Of a DNA stretch of 64,000 bases, positions 52,732 to 64,000 are shown one piece after another. The number at the start of each line of letters is the position of its first letter. The first letter of the stretch is position 1. The notes beneath the pieces are model-generated. The model was not told the DNA's origin and ran no database searches. It saw nothing but the letters and a program-made list of their open reading frames with translations. This stretch comes from Felis catus (Eukaryota): NCBI RefSeq assembly GCF_018350175.1, contig NC_058368.1:69504001-69568000 (forward strand), in the 5' to 3' direction. The translations under genes and the position numbers were made by a program.

Positions 52732-53274
52732 TGTGTTGGTCAGGGTTCTCCGGAGAAACAGGACGGACGGGATGCATATATGTGTGCGTCTAGAAAGGGA
52801 TTGATTGTAAGGAATTAGTTCACATGATAATGGCGGCTGGCAGGTCCCAAGATCTGCAGGGTGAATCGGCAGGCTGGAGGGCTGATAGCGAATCTCCAGT
52901 CTGAGTCTGGAGGTCTGAGAATCAGAGTTAATTGTGTGAGTTCCAGTCCCAAGGCCAGTAGGCTTGATACCCTGCAAGAGCCAGTGTTTCCATTTGAGTC
53001 TGATGGCAGGAAGAAAGCTTGGTGTCCCTGTCTGAAGGCAGTTAGGGCTCAGGGAATTTCCTCTTTCTTGGGGAAGGGTCAACACCCCCCCCCCCCACCT
53101 TCAAATGATTAGATGAGACCCGCCCACACTGGGAGAGCAATCTGCTTTACTCAGTCCACTTATTTAAATGTTAATCTTATCCAAAACACCCTCACAAACG
53201 CACTGAGAGTGTTTGACCAGATACCTGGGCACCCAATGTTACCATCAGTTTGATGTATTTTATTCACCATCATA
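52732..53274 (-). mobile_element. ERVL solo LTR (MLT2-like)
   Basis: TGTGTTGGTCAGGGTTCTCCGGAGAAACAG...AAGGAATTAGTTCACATGATAATGG...AATGTTAATCTTATCCAAAACACCCTCACA...CACCATCATA. Confidence 0.85.
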
Positions 53275-53361
53275 CTGTCCAAGTCCCCCCCCCCCCCAAA
53301 AAAAACCCATTTCCATTATAGAGTGTTAATTTTTTTTCAGTAGAGCCTGGCATTCGATCTC

Positions 53362-53727
53362 TTGGGTGGCTCAAACACCTCCAAACCATTCTGGAGGCTT
53401 CTGGAGGCTGGAAGTCTGAGATCAGGGTGTCGTCAGTGCCGTATTCCCCCGAAGGTGCTAGGGAAAATGTATGTTTCTAGTCCAGTCATGGTTCTTGGCT
53501 TGTGGCAGCAGAAATACAGCAGAACCCTGTGTGTGCACATGTGTTCAAATTTCCTATTTTTGTAAGGACCTTGGTCATACTGGATGAGGAGCCCACCCGA
53601 CCCCAGTAGGACCTCCACCTGTTACATCTGCAATGACCCTGTTTCCAAGTTAAGGCCATATTCTGAGATCTTGGGGGTTAGGGCTTCAACATATGAATAT
53701 TAGGGGGACGCAGTTCAACCATGACAG
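53362..53727 (-). mobile_element. MLT1 LTR (partial)
   Basis: TTCTGGAGGCTGGAAGTCTGAGATCAGGG...TTACATCTGCAATGACCCTGTTTCCAA...GGGCTTCAACATATGAAT. Confidence 0.83.
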
Positions 53728-53838
53728 GTGCCTAAATTCCTGTTAAACAGGAAATGAAAAAAAAGGAAAAAAAATAAACAGGAAATGAATGGAATTATAC
53801 TGCTGTTACTTTGAAGTGGATGGGTAATGTTTGAAAAA

Positions 53839-54043
53839 TTTTTTTTAATGTTTGTCTATTTTTGAGAAAGACAGAGCATGAGCAGGGGAGGGGTAGAGAG
53901 AGAGAGGGAGACAGAGAATCCAGAACAGGCTCCAGGCTCTGAGCTGTCAGCACAGAGCCTGAGGCAGGGCTTGAACCCACAAACCGTGAGATCATGGCCT
54001 GAGCTGAAGTTGGACGTTTAACCGACTGAGCCACCCTGGCACC
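53839..54043 (-). mobile_element. CanSINE
   Basis: SINE body. TSD-like TGAAAAAT. Confidence 0.92.
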
Positions 54044-54419
54044 TCTGAAAAATACTTCTGAGAGATTGCTAGTTACTCCTTCTTGTCACTCTTCTGTGTT
54101 CTTGGACTTAGAAGCATTTATTTCTAAGCCTCTGATTTGCTACTTCTAACCCATCCTTTGGGACATAAGATAGCAAATGTTAGAAATCTGTGTAAAGTAA
54201 GAATAAATTCTGAACTAGGCCTTCATGAGTAAGGTAGACAGAGCTTAGAGGATCCTTGTACTTACGTCCCTGGGTGTGTGTGTGTGTCTGTGTGTGTGCA
54301 CCTGCGCGTGTCCTTACCAGGTGGTTGACATTCCCTCCTATGTCTGGCCATAGATGGACTATTTTTGTGACTATTGTGTGGCACAAAACCCATAGTTGTC
54401 ATTTACCCTTCGTGATCTA

Positions 54420-54821
54420 TGTTATGGACCAGTTTGGGTTCCCCGCCCCCCCCCCCCCCCAAGACTCCTGCATCAAAGCTCTAACCTTCAGCGTGGTTGT
54501 ATTGCTGTAAGGAAGTAACGAAGGTTTAAATGAGGTTCTGAGGATGGAGCCCTGAGTGATTGGTCTGGGTCAGTGTCATCCTAAAAGCCCAGAGCACTTG
54601 CTCTGTCTCCCTCTGCTATCAGAGGACCCAGCAAGAGGATACCATCCCACACCAGGAAGAGCGTGCTCCCAGGAGCTACATCTCCTTGACCAGACCTGCA
54701 AGATCGAGGGTGCTTGGATCTTGACCTTCAGCTTCCAGAACTGGGAGAAATACATTTCCTTTGTTGAAGCCACCCAGTCTGTGATACTTTGTTATGGCAA
54801 CCTGAGCAGAGTAATTCTACA
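54420..54821 (+). mobile_element. MLT1A-like solo LTR
   Basis: TGTTATGGAC...CTTCCAGAACTGGGAGAAATACATTTC...AAGCCACCCAGTCTGTGATACTTTGTTATGGCA. Confidence 0.85.
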
Positions 54822-54858
54822 TATGAATAGAATGACATCCTAAAAATTCCGTAGCGCT

Positions 54859-55045
54859 GGAGTGCCTGGGTGGCTCAGTCAATTGAGCATCCGACTTTTG
54901 ATTTTGGCTCAGGTTGTGATCCCAGGGTCTTGGGATTGAGTCCCATGTTGGGCTCTGTGCTGAGCATGGAGCCTGCTTGGGGTTCTCTCTTTCTCTCTGC
55001 CCCTCTCCCCCCACTTGTGCTTGCTCTAAAATTAAAAAAAAAAAC
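54859..55045 (+). mobile_element. CanSINE
   Basis: Head and A-tail. Confidence 0.9.
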
Positions 55046-55574
55046 ATTGATTAATAATGAAAAAATAACAGAACTTGGACATAAAGAGGCAAGTACTATT
55101 CTAAGGTCTCAGAAGTGCTATTACTATGCCCATTCACATGAAAAAACCCGGTGGCGAGAGACTAAGAAACTTGCTCAAGGCCACGCTGAGCCGGCAGGGG
55201 TGGAGTCTCGTGGACTCCAGCATTTGGCCCATGGCCTGCGTCCTCTCTGTCTAACTTCAGGCTTTCTCAGCGTGTTGTGTAGCTGCTCAGAATTTCACAT
55301 GCCCCAATTTCAGCATCAACTGTATGAGAACTTTCTGGGGTCTTCCCCGCGTAGTACCCCCCCCTCCCCCCCCCCCCCCCCGCCGACTGCCAGCAGAAAA
55401 TGTACAGGCGTGGGAACCTCCTTGTACTACCCAGGCTGTCAGCCCCATGGAATCCAGTGTAACATTCTCATGGAAATAAGTCTTCAAAAAGCCACCAGTG
55501 ACTTGAGAAGGTACTCTCTGAAGAGTGTGCTAAAGTAGTTCATGTATAACTTTTTGATTAAGCCTGCTAATTTC

Positions 55575-55796
55575 TTTTTTAATGTCTATTTATTTTTGAG
55601 AGAGAGAGAGCATGAGTAGAGGAGAGGCAGAGAGAGAGAGAAACACGGAATCCGAAGCAGGCTCCAGGCTCTGAGCTGTCAGCACAGAGCCTTACATGGG
55701 GCTCGAACCCACAGACTGTGAGATCATGACCTGACTGTGAGATCATGACCTGAGCTGAAGTCGGATGCTTAACCTGCTGAGCCACCCAGGCACCCC
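55575..55796 (-). mobile_element. CanSINE with an internal 19-bp duplication
   Basis: GACTGTGAGATCATGACCT occurs twice in tandem. Confidence 0.92.
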
Positions 55797-56004
55797 TGCC
55801 TGGTGATGTCTAATGTGAAAGAACTCCTGGGGGTGTAGTAAAGGGAGCCAAACAGGTGTTATAGAGATGGAAGCTGCCTCTCCCCATGTGGAGGGCAGCT
55901 CCTGAATGCTGTGCCCGTTCCTGGGCAGGAGACCGAACACATAACAGGAGCTTTGTATCAGGTGTTTTTCCAAGTATCCCCCTCCCCTTTAAAATAATTT
56001 CTGA

Positions 56005-56217
56005 GGAGCGCCTGGGTGGCTCGGTCGGACGTCCAACTCTTGATTTTTGGCTCAGGTCATGATCTCGCGGTTTGTGACATTGAGCCCCATGTTGGGCTCC
56101 ATGCTGATAGCGTGGAACCTGCTTGGGATTCTCTCTCTACCCTTCCCCCTCTCATGCATGTGCGTGCATGCCTGCGCGCGCTCTCTCTCTCTCTCTCTCA
56201 AAATATTTTAAAAAAAT
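56005..56217 (+). mobile_element. CanSINE
   Basis: Head, (CT)n and tail. Confidence 0.88.
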
Positions 56218-56254
56218 TCTTGAAATTTCCAATTGTAGCAAAAGAAAAACAACC

Positions 56255-56720
56255 TGCATAACATAAATTTACCATCTTGATCACATTCAAATGCACAGAT
56301 GAGTGGTGAGTACATTGACATTGTTGTGCAAATGAGCTACCGAGCTGAAGCAGACTACAGCTGGATTCCTGGAACAGCTCCCCATGTCCCTCTCCCAAGT
56401 TCCTGGCAACCCTCCAGGCTCATTTCTAAAACTGCTTTATTTCCTATAACTCACAAACCATACGATTCACTCAAGGTTCATATAATAATTCAATGGGTGT
56501 TAGCGTAGTATTGACAGAGCTGTGAGCCATCACCAGTCAATTTCTGAGAATTGTCATCACCCCCAAAATAAATCCCACACCTATTAGCAATCAGTCCCTA
56601 CTGCCTTCTTCCCAGCCTCTGACAACCACTGACCTGCTTTTATGTCTACAGGTTTGCCTGTTCTGGGGCGTTACATATAAATGGCATCCTATAATGTGTG
56701 GCCTTTTGTAAGTGGCTTCA
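56255..56720 (-). mobile_element. Old L1 3'-end fragments
   Basis: CATAACATAAATTTACCATCTT...; TCTGACAACCACTGACCTGCTTT...CATATAAATGGCATC. Confidence 0.75.
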
Positions 56721-58385
56721 CAAAAGCCTTTTTAAGAAGAATCATTAATACGCTCATTGTAAAACTGAAGAACAAAGCATGGTAAAAGTTTGTTTAACCA
56801 TAACCGTCCATCCAATGGCTTTTTTTTTTTTTTTTCCTTCAAAAATCTTAATTTGTAGCCAGGAAAAACAGACTTTGCTTGGATATCAGGACTTCCTTCT
56901 AGGGCCACTAGAACTTACGGAAAAGACATCTTCCAAACAGAAGATTTAATTAAAACCATATAGGGCCATAAATCTAGTCCTGTTCTACCTGGTCAAAGAC
57001 AAAGTAAAACTGGAACAGAAAATGAACAAACGTTGCCAACCTCTCGTACGTGCTTTTCTAAAAATAATACCCGGGAATGCAAAGCAGGTAACAAAGTGTG
57101 TGGTGCCTTTGTTATTTTCCAGGAAAAAATCATGCTGTCTGGGAGTGCCGGATTAGTGCTATGGACGAGATCTTACCTTTTTAATCCTCATAGAGAACTG
57201 TGCTTCTTGATGGCTTGATGTATCTTCAGACTGTTTGTGGCATATTTTTGAAACCTTTCTGCAGCTCTGGGAAAATAACAAACACCAGAATTCGGTGCAT
57301 TGGAAAACTTAAAATATCTACCATGTCAAGAAAGGACGCCAAAGGGGTGCGTGTGTCTCCTTTGGCTCCTTCCGGACAGGCCCTGGGTGTGGCGTTCTCC
57401 CTTATCTCTGTCATAGAAGCTGGAGGCCCTCATCCCCCAGGTTTAGCAAAGGCCCCCAAGGCAGGAGTTGCATCTGTTAGCCTGTTTATTGCTTGCGATT
57501 CAAGCTCTCTGGACCTGAGCATCCTTGCTTTATCGCGGCAGGGCATTGATGAAGATGTTAATGTTCTATCCAGCATTGTTATTTCAAGTGGAGTAACTTC
57601 AAATAGTCAGGGAGAAGAGACCTAATCAGCTCAAGGGCTGATCCTCTAGGGTGGAAAGGGTGGAAGTCAGGGCAAGGCACAGATGCTGAGAAGTTCTTGA
57701 AGGAGTTGGTCCTGGCGAGGGGAACGGAAGGAGCTGAGCGCTGGGGCCAGGGGAGCCTGGGGGGTGCAGGGAAGAGCAGGACTCTGGCACCCAGGCTGGG
57801 CCGCTGGATGGCCGATGGCATTGGCTAGAGAGGGCAGCCCAGGGAGAGGATGCAGGAGGAGAGCAAGGTCCTTTTGGGTTAAGATGAGATGTCAGTGGGG
57901 AAGGTGGGCAGCCGATGGCAGGTCCAAGCTGGATGCACATCTGGAGTTCTGGCCACATGGTAGTGCCCGTTTGTGCTGGACTGGAGCTTTTCCAGAAGGG
58001 AAGGGAAGACCGGGGTGAGCAAGGGGCTGCTGGCTCCGTTCCAGGAGGTGAGCCCAAAGTCTTCCTGGACCGGACACCTCACCAGGAGGAAGGAGACTCT
58101 TCTTCCTCAGAGACGGTAAGGTGGGTGCCGCTGTGGTGGGAGATTGGCGGGGGCAGGGAACCTAGTAGGAGAGGAGGCTTGTCTGCTTCCTTCTGGCACA
58201 GCCTTGAGTACAGGAGAGAATCCATCCCGTCGTCACCTCTTCTCTCTCTTCCCCCACCCTGGGCAAGGTTACCATTGGCTGAGGGCAAGAAGGTGCTTTG
58301 GCCAGTCTGGTGGTTGAAGCAGGAGTTTAATAATGGGGCAGGTGCACGTTTTGTGGGGCCTTCCTTTTAAAAAACGTGAATATGA

Positions 58386-58593
58386 GGGGCGCCTGGGTGG
58401 CGCAGTCGGTTAAGCGTCCGACTTCAGCCAGGTCACGATCTCGCGATCTCACGGTCCGTGAGTTCGAGCCCCGCGTCGGGCTCTGGGCTGATGGCTCAGA
58501 GCCTGGAGCCTGTTTCCGATTCTGTGTCTCCCTCTCTCTCTCTGCCCCTCCCCCGTTCATGCTCTCTCTCTGTCCCAAAAATAAATAAACGTT
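58386..58593 (+). mobile_element. CanSINE (young subfamily)
   Basis: 17-bp TSD AAAAAACGTGAATATGA at 58369-58385 and 58594-58610, at a TT/AAAA site. Confidence 0.96.
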
Positions 58594-58951
58594 AAAAAAC
58601 GTGAATATGAAATTATGGATAAGAAATTAGGTCCGAGGCCTTGGAAGGGTCAGCCAGTGACAGGCAAGGCGCCGGCCGCCTTCGCTTTTGCGTGACTCTT
58701 GGCTCCACGGCGATTACTCAAGTGGTGTTCTGCAGCAAAGCCGGAGAAAGTGGTGGGGGTGTCTCTTGTGTCGGACCGTGGATACGTTGCCCTTCTTCCA
58801 GCTGTTGGAGAGGAGGGTGAAGGTGTGGGGCTTCTGGGTGGCGAACAAATAAAAAGGGAGCCGCTGACAAGTTGACACAATTTGGACTGATTGTATGAAA
58901 CAATTTGTCAGTGGATACCCTGCGTCTTTTGGTAGAAAATAAAAACATCAT

Positions 58952-59184
58952 GGGGCGCCTGGGTGGCTCAGTTGGTTGAGCATCCGACTTCGGCTCTGGT
59001 CATGATCTCATGGCTCATGAGTTCAAGCCCCGTGTCGGGTTCTGTGCTAACAGCCTAGAGACTGGAACCTGCTTCAGATTCTGTGTCTCCTTCTCTCTCT
59101 GCCCCTCCCCCACATGTGCGCTCGCTCTCTGTCTCTATCTCTCTCTCTCTCTCTCTCAAAAATAAACATTAGAAAAATAATTAA
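58952..59184 (+). mobile_element. CanSINE
   Basis: TSD AGAAAATAAAAACATCA. Confidence 0.95.
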
Positions 59185-60800
59185 AGAAAATAAAAACATC
59201 AGAGCTGAGATCTAAAGGAGAGAAGCTATTTAACAAGAAAGGAAAATTTGAGCTGTTCAGTGGAGGTGGGCCTGTGGCTTTGAAACTCTCACTGTGTGAT
59301 GACATTACCTCTTGTTCAATAGAGAATGATGATCTTAATTCATTGAACCACAAAAAATCACCATACTGACGGATATTACCCCAGAGTGTGAACTTTTCCA
59401 GTACCCCTTTGTTCATGGTGGAAATTTTAGGATGGGAGGAGGTAGGAAAAGGCCTCGGGGGAAGGGCAGAATGGAAAGAATAAGTGTATTATCGGGAAAC
59501 TCCACATTCCTTTAAATCAGGCATCGCCTTTTCTCCTGAGACATTTTGTGAGTTAAGGGAGATGTATCTATGGTCCTAGATACTATGGCAGGAATCTAGA
59601 GGATGAACCAGAAGGAAGAAAGCACCAGACAAGAGATCTCCATGGTAGTGAGGATTCTAATCCAGTACAACGGTTGACGAATAGTCCTAGGGTGAGAACG
59701 TGGACAATTGTAAATGACTAGAGAAGAAGATAAGCTAAATTCAGGAGCACGGAGGGAATGCAGAATCCGGCAACGTTAAGAACTGGGCAGAGTTGAGGGA
59801 TTAGGGTGGGTTTCTGGGTTTCTGCCTCAGATAAGCCCAAAGTGAAGTCTTGCAAAAATCGATGGCCAGAGTGGGCAGAGTTCCAGGGGCCCCCCGCGTG
59901 TGCTGGCAGGAAGGAGCCCAGAATGCTTCCAGAGAGGCATGCCATGTGCTGGTGTGGGCTGGAAGGACCTGTGGGAGAAGTACCCAGTGAGGAGATGTTG
60001 AGCAGTTCTGATGGGTGAGGCCCTACTTTACCAGCATGTTCTGTTTGATGGCTTTGACTCCACAGAAGCAGGACATATTCCTGCTTGGGGGGACATATTC
60101 CATGCAGCTGGAGTGAAACACAAGCCTCTGTTTTGTTCTTTGCCATACAGCTCGTTTATTTTTCTATTTGATGGGAGCCATGTAGCCGTGTATCTTGCAT
60201 TGACAGGCTCTGCTTAACACTCTTTTGTATTAAACGGGACCTGTTTTTTCACGGACCACCCTGAACGTTATGTTCAAGATCTACAAAAGATGCATATTTT
60301 GTTAATATATAAATATTTTGAGTGTTCTCCCCTTCCCTAAGGCAACAGAGAAAATTAGTGTCTACTGTCCACATTGAAACTGTTTTTCTAAATGCTTTTG
60401 TCTGGAATAATCATATGCATTCACTAGCTGAACAGAAAACTTATTTCAGGGGGATCACTTTTCATATTAAAGAAGATTCTTAAAAATCTGGACTTTTCTC
60501 TGTGAATATAAGTTCAGTGAGTAGATAAGCTCCTGTATAGATGTGTGTATATGTAATATATTAGTAGATGTTACTCAAATATAGTGGAAATACCTTGCAA
60601 AATATGTGCATATATAGTATCTCCTTTGTTCCAAAGATATAAAAATTGAAGCATAAAAACACTAGGAATATTTTATATAATGCACAAAAGCTTGTGAAAG
60701 ACTAATGTTATCTTTAATTATATAAATATATTTTAGAGATTCAAATTTTCATATGTGTATCTATGAATTTCATGAAGCCAAAGCTTCTACATCTGTTTTT

Positions 60801-60984
60801 AATTTTTTTTAATGTTTATTTTTGAGAGAGAGAACACAAGTGGGGGAGGGGCAGAGAGAGAGAGGGAGACACAGAATCCGAAGCAGGCTTCAGGCTCTGA
60901 GCTGGGGGCTCGAACCCATGAACCATGAGATCATGACATGAGCCAAAGTTGGATGCTTAACTGACTGAGTCACCCAGGCACCCC
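60801..60984 (-). mobile_element. CanSINE (internally deleted)
   Basis: TSD CTACATCTGTTTTTAA. Confidence 0.92.
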
Positions 60985-61657
60985 TACATCTGTTTTTAAA
61001 GTGTATTTTCTGTGGGAAAAACTTCCGAGTTTAGACCTTTGTCCACCTGAGTGTGTTGTTGAGTTCTGTAGGATGAAAAAATCAGCCACAAAGAGCTACT
61101 TTGTTGCGTTGCCTTTTTAGGTAATTTTTTTTTCCAGCTTGATAAAATCCCTCAGTGTCGACCATCAGATATCTTTGTAATGAAAACTACCTAAAATTGA
61201 TTTCACTGTTGGCTTTTGTAGTGGGGTTTCACATTTTTACCCCTGCACACATATGTTGGGTTACAATGTAACTTGAAACAAATTCTTTAAAGTACATGAA
61301 ACTTACGGCCCCATTACTAAATAATTACAGAAGAAACAGGTCCCCTCTCCACTCCCACAGCACTTTATTTCTAGAATTATTATTTTTTTTTAACAAGTTC
61401 TTGAATATCAACGATGACGATCCTTTGGGTCAGTCTGAGCTTGATTGAAATTTCAGAGAGACCTTTCATTAATCAAATATATTGACATAAATGCCAGAGA
61501 ATTTTGCACAGTTGGAAAGCGGACTAGAATTAGGCACAAAATTTGTGACGGAAACACAGTTGAGCCCAACTTTGTGGCTGATGGTTTGCTGGCAGTTTGG
61601 CTTTCCCAGCAAATGCCCTTCCAAGAGAAATAACCTTGGCTCTGTTCCCTTCCACGG

Positions 61658-61875
61658 ATGCCGTCCTACGTGTTCCCATCCGACGAGCACCCCATCCACT
61701 CCGTAAGTCTGTGGCCCGAGCACGGAACCACCATTTGCACATAATTGAAGTGCGTGGAGAGGACTGTATTCATCACTCCTGAACGGAAGGCTCTGTTTCT
61801 ATCGTAAATTGGATTTGAAGTAGGAGCTCAGGAATAGCATGCGCTGAAGAGCTTTTTATGCTCTGCGGAGTTTAG
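61658..61875 (+). pseudogene. Disrupted counterpart of the alternative terminal exon of the human short FARP1 isoform
   Basis: Frame reads NHHLHIIEVRGEDCIHHS*TEGSVSIVNWI*SRSSGIACAEELFML. This resembles the recalled human short-isoform C-terminus (...HHSHLIEKFGEDRILTHLTGSISYTNWAGSRSLAVTVTEELLNLF). In-frame TGA at 61780 and 61816. The human sequence is from memory. Confidence 0.6.
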
Positions 61876-63026
61876 ACTCAAAGTCCTGTTTCATGATTTC
61901 GTTTGAGGCAAATGATTGGAGGTGGCTGGGGCTGCATTAAAATGTGATGTGACCGCATTTCAGTGGCAAGTGAGGCACTTCTCTGCTGGGTGGCTGTAGT
62001 AGCGATGCGCATGCAGGTGGGAGAAGGTGACCCAATTGAGACGACAGCCGCGGGGGCGGGGCTTCCCCGGATTAGGTGCCTCGTAGAGGGAGGGGAAGCA
62101 AGATCTTTCTGCTGAGCCGTGTTTGATGCCAGGGGAAGATCCACTTCTGTTCCCGAGGTAAATTAGACCAAAGAGAGGAGTTTGGTTTATTGCCTAGTGC
62201 TGAAGTTAAAAACCATTTCTTTCCCATGTGGTCTCTTAATTAGATTCATTAGTTTCAAAATGTTAATTGGGAGTGCTGCAGTTCAATTCCTGAAAGGTTT
62301 TAAATTTAAAAGGAACACCTCATTTACCCTACTACTGTGTTCTGATGACTCCGTGGTCGTTGCTGAATCACATTTTTTTTCATTCAAATAATGGTTTATT
62401 GATTGTGAAGCTTCTCAGGAAGAGTAATAAAACCAAGTATCTACTTAAATCACCGTTGGTTTCCCCAGTTTCCTGATAAGCATGTTGCGAGCCGTTTCTG
62501 TCCCTGTGAATTTTGATGCGGAAACAAAGTTTCAGCTTTGGTATTTCGTTCAGTATTTGGTATATGACAGAACACCTAGTACCTCAATAATAGGAAGAGA
62601 GCACTTTAACCGACACCTGATTAGTCGCATGTGGGACATTTTCTACTTGGGTAAACTCAGCGCTTTATCTTAAAAAGTCTCCATCTTTCCTTCCCAGAAT
62701 TAGGTGGATGGTTAGGCCTGGATTAGAACAGATGGTTATGCCGTTATTAATTCTTGAGGAATCTTTCAGGGTTAACAGTTCTGTAAAAGAACAACCTGTT
62801 TTGTAATTACAAAGGTGTGACATCACCTGGAAGTAGCATTTTCCAATAACACAGAAGATCGAGATGCGTCCTGGTCTTATAACTTCTGAAACAAATTCTT
62901 AATTATCTTGGACAGATGGGGAGAATAAACTTAGCCTTCTTATTCTTGTAACTTAAAAAAAAAAAAGCTTCTTTTGTCTAGGAAAAGTGACTGTAATTTT
63001 GTTAGCGAATTCTTAAAAGTCAGATG

Positions 63027-63028
<2 letters not shown>

Positions 63029-63086
<58 letters not shown>
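63029..63086. repeat. (GT)29 microsatellite
   Basis: Perfect dinucleotide run. Confidence 0.98.
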
Positions 63087-63088
<2 letters not shown>

Positions 63089-64000
63089 ACATACTCTCTC
63101 CCCCTTCCTTTTCTTCTCTGGGGATAATTTTGAAAGTTCAAAGTCCTTAGCCACACACACGGAAACAATGCTATAAGGGGGTATTTAGAAAAGTTTAATT
63201 TTAACCAGGTACTTTAGCTGTAAACAAACAGAATGACATCATTTAAGACACCACAGCACTTTAGTGAATAGAGGCTTTGTCATTGTTTTCCTAGACCAGA
63301 GCACTGAAATGGAACATTAATTGTTAATTAGGTTAAGGAATCCAGCTGTTGCCTTAACCCGAGCCTGGCTGTGTAGTCTCTGCATAGAACTGAGAAGCGG
63401 GGCTCCCTGGGTCCTGGGCACCTGCCTTGAAGGGGACAGCCTTTCCTTTGCACACCTCGACGGGCGTGCCTGCCATCTGCTAATGGTGTCACACCCAAGG
63501 TGTGTGGCTCATTGCTGATGTGCAGCCTTCCACACACCCGGCCGACAAGGTTCGGCCCACTTCGGTTCTCACACAGGATTTCTTTAACTGTTCTCTCAGA
63601 AAGTCACATGGGGCTCTACATGACCAGGCCAGGTCACTTCCATGGACAGGCCACTGCTCGGTGTGACTGGCGTGGGCTGTTACTACCCACAGCCCTGCAG
63701 TTTAGAGCCTACTGGGCGGATGGATGGCCAAGAGCAGTTTGAACTAATGAGGGATGACAGCAGGCCAAAAACATCCAACAGGAGATAAGTGCGGGGTTCT
63801 GGTGGAATGAAGAGCAGCAGAGAAACCTTTCCTGGGGGAAGTTAGGAGGGCAGAGCAAAGATCAGAGTAAAGCTCCCCCAACTTTACAAAGGATTGAAGG
63901 TAGTTACAGAGTATAGATAATGTGAAATGGAAGTGGGTTAAAAACCAAAATGTCACAACAAAGGGAGAGCAAGGACAAGATAATAAACCAGATCCAGAAA

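Larger units (their letters stand above)
29020..64000 (+). other. FARP1: FARP1 intron 2 (partial)
   Basis: Follows the donor. I did not see the next FERM-coding exon (QRAPGKVL...-like) in the window. Confidence 0.8.

Noticed and set aside
54870..55538. 222-aa ORF
   Set aside because: Starts inside a SINE and runs through MIR-like sequence and a poly-C run; no protein family resemblance.

Overview
Mammalian intronic genomic DNA. Dense tRNA-derived CanSINEs of the SINEC_Fc type indicate a carnivore, most likely a felid. The only well-supported coding sequence is the first coding exon (exon 2) of FARP1 on the + strand: exon 28826-29019, ATG at 28849, 57 codons, canonical AG/GT boundaries. The rest of the window is flanking FARP1 intron. 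It holds about 48 CanSINEs, MaLR/ERVL solo LTRs, old L1, L2, MIR and MER5 fragments, a CR1/L3 reverse-transcriptase fossil, microsatellites and two minisatellites. I found no convincing previously undescribed biological system, and nearly all ORFs in the supplied track are repeat-derived noise. Best second-look items: (1) an apparently dead orthologue of the human FARP1 short-isoform terminal exon at ~61.66-61.88 kb; (2) a 31-bp polarised minisatellite; (3) a CR1 RT fossil split by a young SINE; (4) a poly(A)-only insertion between target-site duplications (TSDs); (5) an antisense SINE bias and inverted SINE pairs. Repeat boundaries and subfamily names were read by eye and are approximate. Comparisons to human sequences and repeat consensuses are from memory and need confirming.
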